NCBI GenBank assembly: GCA_013151865.1 | Contig: JAADHN010000048.1 | Coordinates: 35,673 to 99,672, forward strand | Source: Kiritimatiellota bacterium | GTDB taxonomy: Bacteria > Verrucomicrobiota > Lentisphaeria > Oligosphaerales > JAADHN01 | DNA: 64,000 bases | Direction: 5' to 3' | Shown here: positions 19,353-28,327 of the stretch, piece after piece | Numbering within the stretch: the stretch's first letter is position 1 | How the letters are laid out: every line of letters starts with the position of its first letter | Notes under the pieces: model-generated | Database searches by the model: none | Seen by the model: only the letters and a program-made list of their open reading frames with translations | What the model was told of the DNA's origin: nothing | Position numbers and translations under genes: made by a program

Positions 19353-22295
19353 TCAAACAACCCCTTCCAAAGTTTGCCGGTGCGCGCAAAGATGGAACCT
19401 ACGCAGTGACGACTGCGCTGTATGGTCTGCGCCTCTGAATCTCCGACTGTATTCTCGTACCAGCCGAACGCAGCGGGACGGGTCGCCAACGGCGGCAACA
19501 ATCCCTCCCGCGAGCGTTCCGGTTGCCGGTACCGGACGAAAGGTCGCCCGGATGAACGGGGAGGGCCGATCAGTCCAGCGGCGGGAAATCCTGCAACGCC
19601 TTTTCTGCATATTGTGCAGCCTGGCCGTGGCGCTCGTGGCGAGCGACTCGAGGGCCTGTCGGGCGTGGTCTGCCAACTGTGCATGGTCTGCGGCAGTCTG
19701 GCGCAATGCATGAGCGATCTTGCCGAGGGCGGAGGCCGCCAAGCGCCTGACATTGCCGTCTTCGTGAGTGGTGCAGAAGACCAGAAACGGCACGGCCCTG
19801 ACGTCGCCGAACTCGCCGGCAAGCCAGACGGCACGGGACCGGGGCCTGACACCCGCCGCCTCGGCGAAGCGCTGTGCCAACGCCCGGACGACGCCCGCCG
19901 GATGAAACCGGCGCAGTGCCGGGAGGGCCGCGCGCGCTTTTTCCCGGGGAGCGTCAAGCAAATGGCATGTGAGATGGTCTAGCATGTTTTGGAGCGCGGC
20001 TTCGGTCACGGGGGCACCGTCGGCTTGCTGTTCCCGTGCGGCGGTTGGCATTTCGGGTGCGGGCGGCGTGGGGACGGCCTGGGCCGCCGTCTCGGAAGGA
20101 GACTTGAATTCCCGGGATGCGGACTGCGCAAGTCCCGGCCTTGCCGGCTGGACCGTGTCCTCGATACGCGTGCGGCGGTCCCCCGGGGCCGGGATCGGCT
20201 CGACGCGGCCACGCCAGGAATGGACTGTGATGCCGTCAACCGCTTCTCGGCCTCGGCGTGTGAGGTGGAGCGTCGGGCGCCCGCCCAAATGCCGGACAGT
20301 CAATAGGCCGGCATCGAGCAGCGCATCCACGGCGTTTCGGACCGATTTCTGTTTGCCGGACACCACTCCGTGCAGCGGGTGCCGGTCCAAATGGAGACGT
20401 CGTACATTGCTGCTCGCCGAGCCGGTGAGGATCTGTGAGATCAAGATCTTGCCAGCCCCGAAGCGCAGGTGCTGCACGCACAGCAGTACGGCCGTTTGCA
20501 GGTCGTCGAGGGCATCCTCGACGACGGTCCCCCCCGGGTGTGCCGTTGAGTCTCCCGAACGTTTCGCGGCCCGGCCGCAGTTGTCGCAAATACCGCAGGG
20601 CTTTTCCGGGGTTTCGCCGAAGTACTCGATGACCGTGGCTCGCCGACAGGCGTCGGTATGGATGAAATCCTCAATCGCTTCGAGTTTCTCCTCTTCCGCC
20701 CGGCGCAGGCGTTCCAGGCGTGCCCAGTCGATGGGAAGTTCATCGAATGGGGGCGGGGTATGGACGAGTTTCTCGATGCCGCGACCGCGGAAGGGCGGCT
20801 CGTAGCCGATGCGGCCTTCGGCGGCCAGCGCAGCCAAGCCGCGCCGCACCTGATCGTCGTGTAATCCCGCCGCGCGGCACAACGTCTCGATGGTGATCTC
20901 GACGGTCCCGGGTTTCTCGATGTCCGCTTCGGCGGACAGGGCCGCGATGATCCGCCGGCGAACAGGTCCCTGGACGGTTTCGAGTACGGCGGCCCCCGGC
21001 TTGTCGAGCGTGATGCGTGCCACGGGGCGGCCGGTCCACGCCCGAGTGACGCCGGCCTCGTCGAGCAGTCGGACCGTGGCACCGACGTGTCCGTCCCGCA
21101 CGTCTCCGACGCAGCTCGCGGCGATTTCCCGGTAGGTGAGCGTGATCGGGTCTTCCGAGATCGTCCACAGCGCTTCGTATACCGCTTCGATGATTTCCCG
21201 CGGTGGATAGCTGAGGTCAATGAAGAAATCCCGGAGTCTTCGGTCCGCGGGCGAGTAGAGCAGGATGCAGTCGGAAGGGAGTCCGTCTCGCCCGGCGCGT
21301 CCGATTTCCTGGTAGTACTGCTCGATGGACGCCGGGAAATTGAAGTGCACCACGAAGCGGACGTCGGACTTGTCGATACCCATGCCGAAGGCTGTGGTAG
21401 CGGTGACGATATGCGCTTCTCCCCGGAGGAACGCTTCCTGCACAGCGCTTCGCTGTTCGGGGTTGAGCCCGGCGTGGTAGGGTTGGATGGTCGGTTCGAT
21501 TGGCCGCAAAGCTTCCGCCACGCTTTCGGCGGCACGGCGAGTACCGGTATAAATGATCCCCGAACCCGGACCCCGGCGAATGAACTCGGTGAGGAACGCA
21601 ATGCGGTTTTCTTCACTCGAGGCGTGTTTGACGCGGATGGCCAGATTCGGACGGTCGAAGCCGCTGACGTACACGTCCACGTCTCCGGGCGCCAAGCCCA
21701 GCGCCTCGATGATGTCTTTCTGCACCCGGACGGTGGCTGTAGCGGTGAGCGCAGTGATGCGCGGCGCACCCAGGCGGCTGCGAAACTCCGCCAAACGGCG
21801 GTAATCCGGGCGGAAATCATGGCCCCATTGGGAGATGCAATGAGCTTCGTCCACGGCTATGCGCGCCACACGCACCCGGTCGATCATGTCGAGGAAACCG
21901 GAATTCCTGAAACGTTCCGGAGCGACGTACAGCAGTTTGTGGACGCCCGCCGCGCAGTCCGCCAGACGCTGGTGCTGCTCGCCGGGGCTTAGGCTTGAAT
22001 TGACGAAGGTCGCCGGGACCCCCTTACGCCGCAATTCATCCACCTGGTCTTTCATCAGGGCGATCAACGGGGACACCACAAGGGTCAAACCGTCTTCCAG
22101 CAGAGCGGGCAACTGATAGAGCAGGGATTTGCCGCTGCCGGTAGGCATGACGACCAGCAGGTTGCGCCCGGCCAGGACCGACTCGAGGGCCGGTCGCTGC
22201 TGCGGCAGGAATTCCCGGTGCCCAAACCGATCGCGGAGCACTCGCAGGGGGCGATCCGAAAGGATCGGATTATTTGGCGTTGATGCTGAAGGCAT
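19353..22295 (-). CDS. recQ: RecQ-family ATP-dependent DNA helicase with a long C-terminal HEAT-like extension
   Basis: Track ORF 19353..22436, with a likely start at ATG 22295 (MPSASTPNNPILSDRPLRVLRDRFGHREF). Motifs are VVMPTGSGKSLLYQLPA, DEAHCISQWGHDFRPDY and the Zn cluster CRRATVIEYFGE...CGICDNC. HEAT/PBS-like repeats appear in GEFGDVRAVPFLVFCTTHEDGNVRRLAASALGKIA. The true 3' end is uncertain (see findings). Confidence 0.9.
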   Translation of the reverse strand: MPSASTPNNPILSDRPLRVLRDRFGHREFLPQQRPALESVLAGRNLLVVMPTGSGKSLLYQLPALLEDGLTLVVSPLIALMKDQVDELRRKGVPATFVNSSLSPGEQHQRLADCAAGVHKLLYVAPERFRNSGFLDMIDRVRVARIAVDEAHCISQWGHDFRPDYRRLAEFRSRLGAPRITALTATATVRVQKDIIEALGLAPGDVDVYVSGFDRPNLAIRVKHASSEENRIAFLTEFIRRGPGSGIIYTGTRRAAESVAEALRPIEPTIQPYHAGLNPEQRSAVQEAFLRGEAHIVTATTAFGMGIDKSDVRFVVHFNFPASIEQYYQEIGRAGRDGLPSDCILLYSPADRRLRDFFIDLSYPPREIIEAVYEALWTISEDPITLTYREIAASCVGDVRDGHVGATVRLLDEAGVTRAWTGRPVARITLDKPGAAVLETVQGPVRRRIIAALSAEADIEKPGTVEITIETLCRAAGLHDDQVRRGLAALAAEGRIGYEPPFRGRGIEKLVHTPPPFDELPIDWARLERLRRAEEEKLEAIEDFIHTDACRRATVIEYFGETPEKPCGICDNCGRAAKRSGDSTAHPGGTVVEDALDDLQTAVLLCVQHLRFGAGKILISQILTGSASSNVRRLHLDRHPLHGVVSGKQKSVRNAVDALLDAGLLTVRHLGGRPTLHLTRRGREAVDGITVHSWRGRVEPIPAPGDRRTRIEDTVQPARPGLAQSASREFKSPSETAAQAVPTPPAPEMPTAAREQQADGAPVTEAALQNMLDHLTCHLLDAPREKARAALPALRRFHPAGVVRALAQRFAEAAGVRPRSRAVWLAGEFGDVRAVPFLVFCTTHEDGNVRRLAASALGKIAHALRQTAADHAQLADHARQALESLATSATARLHNMQKRRCRISRRWTDRPSPFIRATFRPVPATGTLAGGIVAAVGDPSRCVRLVREYSRRFRGADHTAQSSLRRFHLCAHRQTLEGVV

Positions 22296-22466
22296 GGCGA
22301 CGGAATATACTGCCCGGCAAGCATTGGGAAAGCGACGCGCTCGCGAGAGTTCCGGGCCCGTGTCCAGTGTCCACGACCTCGCCTCAAGTCTGTGTGTCCC
22401 GCCCGATACGGTCTCGGCACGTCCGCCTCCCCTCATGGTGCAAGGGGCCGGGTCTTCGCAATGCCC

Positions 22467-25400
22467 TCATTCCACCGCGGTCAGGGCGACGAGGAAAACC
22501 ACCGCTTTCCGGGAATGGTTCAGGACTCGGAGTTCAACGGTGTCGATCTCCGCACCGGGGCGCGGGCTCACCCATTCGAACGCCTGCAGGTCGATTTCGT
22601 CCCCGGCCAGGTTCATCCCGACCCAGGCCCTCCGTGAAGCTGTGTTGTATCCCAAGTACCTGGGCTTTTGGTACCAGCGACTGAAATTGGTCGGCCGGAT
22701 GGCAGGTGAAATATTGTACAGCTCGGAAAGCTGCACATGCTCTTTCTTGCCGTCCCTGAATCGCACTACGTATTCTGCGAAACCGCGTGCCCCCTTCACG
22801 TAGCTGGATGTGTGCAGGAAGACCAGGCTGCGAGCTTTGCGCCCGACCTTAATGTTCGTCACTTCCGCCGGCAGGCCGATCTCCGTGTCCCTGCCGGCCA
22901 CGGCGATACACCTCTGGACCTTCCCGTCATTGCCTGCGGAGATCCGGAACGGGATTCCGGCATATTCAAGTTGTCCTTTCGGTAACAATCGCAGATCGGC
23001 CAGAGGACCTCGGTCGAGCCAGCCCCTGCCGTCTCCGGCAACGTCGTCCTTCAGGGCGCGATTGCAGCGGGAGGCCAGATTGATCGGGGTCTTTGTCGAG
23101 GCTATCATGGAAGGCAACGCAGGCAGCATGGCTTGCTGGAGCCGGGAGCGGGGGATATAGGGCAATTCATCCAGTGAAGGGGCGCCCGGGGTCCACGCGT
23201 ATTCCATCGACAGCAAAGACATCATGTTGAGGTTGCGATGGGTCGTATACATCCAACTGGTACCGATGAACCCCGCAGCTCCCGCGGACCGGGCGGCCGT
23301 CGCCAGGGAGAAGTTGTTCTTCTCGTCGAACCAGGGACAGGCGACCACGGGGAAGCCCATGTCCATGAGATACTTGATCGGCGGGTAACTCTGGTAGTTT
23401 CCGTATATCCAGACGGCCATCGTGATGTCTTTGGGCAGCATCTTCGCCGCAGGGTGGGTTATCGCCCCGCCATAAGTCGGGTTGCCGCTATTGGCGGGGC
23501 TCATCCCGGGCCATTTCCCGTGTTCGATGAGCATGTCGTGCCACATCATTGTTTTGATATTCCGTTTTGCGAGCCAGTTGTGCAGAAACGTGACGTGGTC
23601 GGCAACCAGCTTGGCCGGGGCCGTGCCTTTGCAGCGGTCGCACTTGGCGACCGGCTTCGCCTCGTCCCCACCGATATGGAAGGTTTCGGGCCTGAATATG
23701 TCGATCGCCTCGGCATAAATGTCGGTGAGGAATTCTTTCACTGCGGGGCGGGAGAGGCACAGGGCGCTCCCCTTGCCGTCGGGGGATTCGGCCAGGTCGG
23801 GACGCTTCGGGAAAATGTACTGGCAGTGCCCCCAGGACTGAACCAGGGGGATGACTTCGAGGAAGTGTTCCCGTGCGAATTGCGCACATTCCCGAAGTTG
23901 GTCGGGCGTGCACGCCCCATCCCGGGCGATTTCGGGATGGGAATCCCAGCGGATGAAGCCCATGCTTGCCTCCCCGATGATGACGGTATTGAGCTTGTGG
24001 CGGGCAAGCACCCGGCGGATCGTCCGCTTGAAGTAGTCGAGGTCGAGCCGAACAGTGGGAATGATCATCATGCCCCGGATCTTGAATTCGGGCCAGTCGC
24101 GAACGGTCACACATGGGACGCCGACTGTTCGCATCGGGCCGTCTCGCCGGAGGAGCTGGATCAGGGTCTGTACCCCGTAAAACGCTCCGCGTTCGTCACT
24201 CCCCAGAACGGCGATCCCATCGGGTCGGACCGTCAGGGCATAGCCCTCCGGGCCCGGGTCGGTCGGCGTGACCCGCAGTGCCGGGTCGCCGGACGGCTGC
24301 TTGGGTAGTGCCCCCTTTCCTGCAACGCCTACCACAATGCCCCGTTTTCCGGCCGGAACCGAGTCCCGTTTCATGATCGGAACATCGACCCCAAAGTAGT
24401 CCCGCAGCTCTTCGCGGAGGACGGTCGGCCCCCGCATTTCCATTGCGGAAGCTTTTGATGGCAGCACGATGACCGTTTCGGTGTCGATGACGAATCTGCC
24501 CGGGAGCACGCTCATCTCCTGCGGTTCGGGAACAACCACCGGGCGCTTGGTCGAGGAATGTCGGTCCAACGGGTATTTCCGGATCAGGGCGGTAAGCAAG
24601 GCCTCGCCTTCGGCAAGGACTTTGCCCGGGGCCTCCGGGCCGTGCACCGACGATCCGGTGATGTCGCGGAGCCGGCCGAGCAGCACCGCGGCCCCTCCAT
24701 CGGCCTCCAGTTCCGCCTTGAGCGCAGGAGAGCTTCCGGCCAGCCTGTCGAAGGCTTTGAGCATCCCCCGGGCTTCAATGATGTGGACCAGGTTGGGTCG
24801 CGGCTTCACCTCGACAGTTGCCCGCAAGGTTTGTCGTGCGCGCACGCCGGGCGGGCGCTTCAGAGCGTTCAGGAAACTGAAAGTCCGCAGTCTCGCGGGC
24901 CGCCACTTCTGAGTCCGTGCGTCCCGCAGAACCCAAGAGGAGGGCTGCGCTGCGCCCGAGGGGTCAGTACGCCGGGAGGAAAAACTCCAGGTCACTTTGC
25001 CGACGACCGTCTCGAAAGCGATCTCCCGAACAGGACCGAAGGCGTTGAATTCTCCCGCGGTTTTGCCCGCCAATCCCGAGCGTGGCACGTCGATGAAAAG
25101 TTCTTTGTTGAGGAACAGGTCGGCGACGGCAAAGCCGACATTGCCGTCGGGAACGACCTCATAGTCGAACTGAATGTCCAGTCGGTCCCGCGTCCAGCTC
25201 AATTCGAGGTCGTAGGAGGCGATCCCGTCCGCGTTTGCCTGAAGATGCGCTCGGCGAAGTGGTCCTTTCCGGCTCTCTTTTGCCCGCATGGGATTCGCTT
25301 TGTGCAGTTCGCCCCAGCCGGGTTTGTCGAAGTAGAACTGGCCGCCGGCGATGATGTCGATCCCCGCGTAGGAAACCGAGAGAGTGTTCCTGTCGAGGCG

Positions 25401-25568
25401 CACCTCAAACCCGCCGGGGGGCGGCGCCTCGGTTCGGCCGCCCACCGCTGTCCCGGGGACTGTGTCCCGGGCGAGACAATTGCCGAGGCCGACCAGTCCA
25501 AGAAGGAGCGCGGAACCCAACGTTCGGCCAAGACAGCGGCGGGCCGGACAGCTCGTCTGCTGAACCAT
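22467..25568 (-). CDS. Secreted multidomain glycoside hydrolase, GH20-like catalytic core (beta-N-acetylhexosaminidase-like)
   Basis: Track ORF 22467..25571 (TTG). ATG 25568 is preferred (SD GGAGA). The signal peptide is LGSALLLGLVGLGNCLA. The TIM-barrel segment contains ETFHIGGDEA, the GH20-type H-x-G-G-D-E motif. The flanking N- and C-terminal domains are unassigned. Confidence 0.75.
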   Translation of the reverse strand: MVQQTSCPARRCLGRTLGSALLLGLVGLGNCLARDTVPGTAVGGRTEAPPPGGFEVRLDRNTLSVSYAGIDIIAGGQFYFDKPGWGELHKANPMRAKESRKGPLRRAHLQANADGIASYDLELSWTRDRLDIQFDYEVVPDGNVGFAVADLFLNKELFIDVPRSGLAGKTAGEFNAFGPVREIAFETVVGKVTWSFSSRRTDPSGAAQPSSWVLRDARTQKWRPARLRTFSFLNALKRPPGVRARQTLRATVEVKPRPNLVHIIEARGMLKAFDRLAGSSPALKAELEADGGAAVLLGRLRDITGSSVHGPEAPGKVLAEGEALLTALIRKYPLDRHSSTKRPVVVPEPQEMSVLPGRFVIDTETVIVLPSKASAMEMRGPTVLREELRDYFGVDVPIMKRDSVPAGKRGIVVGVAGKGALPKQPSGDPALRVTPTDPGPEGYALTVRPDGIAVLGSDERGAFYGVQTLIQLLRRDGPMRTVGVPCVTVRDWPEFKIRGMMIIPTVRLDLDYFKRTIRRVLARHKLNTVIIGEASMGFIRWDSHPEIARDGACTPDQLRECAQFAREHFLEVIPLVQSWGHCQYIFPKRPDLAESPDGKGSALCLSRPAVKEFLTDIYAEAIDIFRPETFHIGGDEAKPVAKCDRCKGTAPAKLVADHVTFLHNWLAKRNIKTMMWHDMLIEHGKWPGMSPANSGNPTYGGAITHPAAKMLPKDITMAVWIYGNYQSYPPIKYLMDMGFPVVACPWFDEKNNFSLATAARSAGAAGFIGTSWMYTTHRNLNMMSLLSMEYAWTPGAPSLDELPYIPRSRLQQAMLPALPSMIASTKTPINLASRCNRALKDDVAGDGRGWLDRGPLADLRLLPKGQLEYAGIPFRISAGNDGKVQRCIAVAGRDTEIGLPAEVTNIKVGRKARSLVFLHTSSYVKGARGFAEYVVRFRDGKKEHVQLSELYNISPAIRPTNFSRWYQKPRYLGYNTASRRAWVGMNLAGDEIDLQAFEWVSPRPGAEIDTVELRVLNHSRKAVVFLVALTAVE

Positions 25569-25709
25569 CAAGTTGTCTCCGATGTTTCGCAGGAGCCTCC
25601 TCCGGGTTCGGGGACACTCCGTCCGTGCGACCGCGAAGCACGCGGTGAAGGGGGGCTGTCCGGTTCCAATACGCGGTAACGAGCGCGGTTCCGAGGGCTC
25701 GGAGCGGGC

Positions 25710-26834
25710 TCAATGATGGGAGAAGATGCGTTCGGGTGCGTGATAGAGGGCCACGCCCAGTTCGTTGGCCCGGGCCACGACATCGGCGTCGGAGATCGAG
25801 CCGGCCGGCGCCACAACCACCTTGACCCCGGCCGCAGCGGCCACCTCAACGGCGTCCGGGAACGGGAAAAAACCGTCGCTGGCCATGACGGCGCCCTCAA
25901 TGGTTTCCGGTCCCTGGTATTTATTCTGGTACTTCCAGACCGCCTGCTCGACCGCGCCGACCCGATCCTGTTCACCGGTACCCACCGCCAGGGCGCCGCC
26001 GTTCTTCACGATTACCACCCCGTTCGAGCGTACATTGAGATTGATGTACCAGGCCACCGAGAGATCGAGAAGCTGGGCCGGGGTCGCCGTCACCGCCGCG
26101 CGCACTTCGCCCCGGCGCTTGTTCGTCCCCGATGCCGGGGTGAAGTCCCCCGGACCCCGAACATGGCTCAAAAGCGGATCGGCCACCACAAGGCTGCCGT
26201 CGGCCAGGACCTTGACGGTGCGGAAGCCCGTCACGTCGTCCCCGGCATATTTGGGTAAGGCGGCGAGATCGCCGCACTTCAGGATGCGGATGTGGCGGTT
26301 CCGCTTGTAGGTCGCGCTGTCGTTGAAGACTACGAGCGCTTCCGGTTCGAACTCCGGCGCCACCACACATTCGACGAAGGTGGACATGATTTCCCGGGCG
26401 GTTTCCGCATCCATGGCAACATTTGACGCCACGACGCAGCCGAAAGCGGCGCGCGGGTCGCAGTCGCGGGCCTTCCGGTAAACGTCCACGAGCCGGTCGC
26501 CCGAAACCTCGACTGCAGCGCCGCTGGGGTTGACATGCTTCATGCACGCCACGCAGGCGCGGTCATCGAAGAACTTGCAGATGTTCAAGGCGTAAGAAAT
26601 ATCTTCGAGATTGGTCTGCGACAGTCCGCCTTTCCCGGTTTTCAATACGGTCATTTGTCCGATGGCGGCTGGTCGGCCCGCCGGACGGTAGAACGCGGCG
26701 GTCTGGTGAGGGTTCGTGCCGTACCGCAGGTCGTCCACTTTGATATAAGCGTTTCCGAACACCCCGGCGGTTTCCGGAAAGTCGCCGACATTCTTCGAGA
26801 GATACGTGGAGCGGGAGATGTTCTTTTCGATCAT
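25710..26834 (-). CDS. purH: AICAR transformylase domain protein (PurH-like, lacking the N-terminal MGS/IMP-cyclohydrolase domain)
   Basis: Track ORF 25710..26852 (TTG). ATG 26834 is preferred. LRYGTNPHQTAAFY occurs about 45 aa from the N-terminus, followed by MKHVNPSGAAV, and the C-terminus reads ASDGFFPFPDAVE...VVAPAGSISD. Confidence 0.8.
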   Translation of the reverse strand: MIEKNISRSTYLSKNVGDFPETAGVFGNAYIKVDDLRYGTNPHQTAAFYRPAGRPAAIGQMTVLKTGKGGLSQTNLEDISYALNICKFFDDRACVACMKHVNPSGAAVEVSGDRLVDVYRKARDCDPRAAFGCVVASNVAMDAETAREIMSTFVECVVAPEFEPEALVVFNDSATYKRNRHIRILKCGDLAALPKYAGDDVTGFRTVKVLADGSLVVADPLLSHVRGPGDFTPASGTNKRRGEVRAAVTATPAQLLDLSVAWYINLNVRSNGVVIVKNGGALAVGTGEQDRVGAVEQAVWKYQNKYQGPETIEGAVMASDGFFPFPDAVEVAAAAGVKVVVAPAGSISDADVVARANELGVALYHAPERIFSHH

Positions 26835-26975
26835 TTCATGCCCTTTCGGCAAGCGGGAGAACGTGAATCGGGAGGCCGGCCTCCGGGGACCGCCTGCCTC
26901 GCGCCTGTTTGGGCTACAATACTCGGCGCGGGCGCAAATGCAAAACCGGACGCCGGCGGCGCGGCGGAGGGGGGA

Positions 26976-28070
26976 TCATTGCCGAGCCAAGCGGTGCAGG
27001 CCGATGAGTCCGCCGATTTGGTACAACACGTTGGGGACCCACACAAGGAGTTCCGGGTGGTAGGCCGGTTCAGTTTTGAGGGTATCGGCCAGCACGATAA
27101 AGACGTAGAACAACAGGCCCAGTACCAAGCTCAAAGCCAGGCCCACGGCCGTCTCGGAGCGACGCGTGCGAATGCCGAAGGGAATACCCATCAGCAGAAA
27201 CGCCAGAGGCGACAGCCCCATGGACAGACGCGTATGCAGCTCGACGTAGAGTGGGGTGGTCGGTACTCCTCGCGCCGCATATATCTGGATACAAGCCAGG
27301 AGGCTGCCGAGAGTCATGTACTTGACACGTCGGGTTACGGGCTTGCGGTTGAATGCGCTGCCGTAATCCAGGGAAATTGTGCAGCTCTCCCCCGCCACCC
27401 GCCGCAGTCGCATCGTTCCGTCCGGGCGGTGCTCGACGGCGCAGATCACGGCGCGGCTCAAAGCGAGCTGCAGGATCTGTCGTTCTTCGTCGACCCGGAT
27501 CACACCCTCTCGTGCCGTGATATCCTGGGCGACGCGCCCTTTTTCGTCGAGGACGTATACGTTCAAATCACGGAGCGTCTTCCCGTCGCGCTTGCCGATG
27601 TACATGATGTATCCCGGCAGTTCGACGATTCCGGGGCTCAGGAAAACTTCGGGGTTGCGGCTGCCTTCCTGTTTCTGCAGCAGATAGGCCCGGTAGAGGA
27701 ATCGGGGTTTCACGGCGATGAGCAGGAAAAGGCACAAGCCGCTGAGGGTGGCACTCAGCAAGAGACCCGGGGCCGTGATCTCCCAAAGGCCGACCCCGAG
27801 TGCTCGCATGGCCGTGATCTCGTTGTCCGCCGAAAGCCGAGAAAAGACCAAGACCGTGGCGCACAGGACCGCCAGGGGGATCGTGAACCCCAGAGCGACC
27901 GGCAGCAGATAGAGGATGAAACGGGCGACCGCCCCGGGGGGAAGGCCGCGGGCTACCAAGTCGAAAACCTTGATCAGGTTCCCGGAGAGAAAGACGAACG
28001 TCAGGACCGCCACGCCGATCGCGGTGCTGACGAACAATTGCCGGGCAATGTAAAGGTTCAGCGTCTTCAT
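26976..28070 (-). CDS. LptF/LptG-family LPS export permease (YjgP/YjgQ)
   Basis: Track ORF 26976..28184, with the start at ATG 28070 (MKTLNLYIARQLFVSTAIGVAVLTFVFL). Also SADNEITAMRALGV. It has six hydrophobic segments around a central periplasmic domain. Confidence 0.85.
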   Translation of the reverse strand: MKTLNLYIARQLFVSTAIGVAVLTFVFLSGNLIKVFDLVARGLPPGAVARFILYLLPVALGFTIPLAVLCATVLVFSRLSADNEITAMRALGVGLWEITAPGLLLSATLSGLCLFLLIAVKPRFLYRAYLLQKQEGSRNPEVFLSPGIVELPGYIMYIGKRDGKTLRDLNVYVLDEKGRVAQDITAREGVIRVDEERQILQLALSRAVICAVEHRPDGTMRLRRVAGESCTISLDYGSAFNRKPVTRRVKYMTLGSLLACIQIYAARGVPTTPLYVELHTRLSMGLSPLAFLLMGIPFGIRTRRSETAVGLALSLVLGLLFYVFIVLADTLKTEPAYHPELLVWVPNVLYQIGGLIGLHRLARQ

Positions 28071-28327
28071 GATCACGGCAGCGGCGAGACATCGGCTCCC
28101 GGGTGAATCGTCGTATTCAGGCACGGCCACATTTTGCCGCAGTCGGAACGAATGAATCCCTGCGGTCGGCGTTTTTCTCGGCAAGGGTCGCGCGAGACGG
28201 GGATGCGGACGGGCGACCAGGTCCGAGCGCCGCGGTTTCGAGTCCGGATGCTGTTGAGGGTGCGAGTCCGAGTGCGGGCCGGACAGACGACCGGACGAGG
28301 CCCCGGGCGGCGGCCGGTCCGCGGGGC

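Noticed and set aside
28225-28275. tRNA-like T-arm sequence GGTTTCGAGTCCGG in the bamA-lptFG spacer
   Set aside because: The flanks cannot form a T-stem, and no acceptor, D or anticodon arms can be drawn on either strand.
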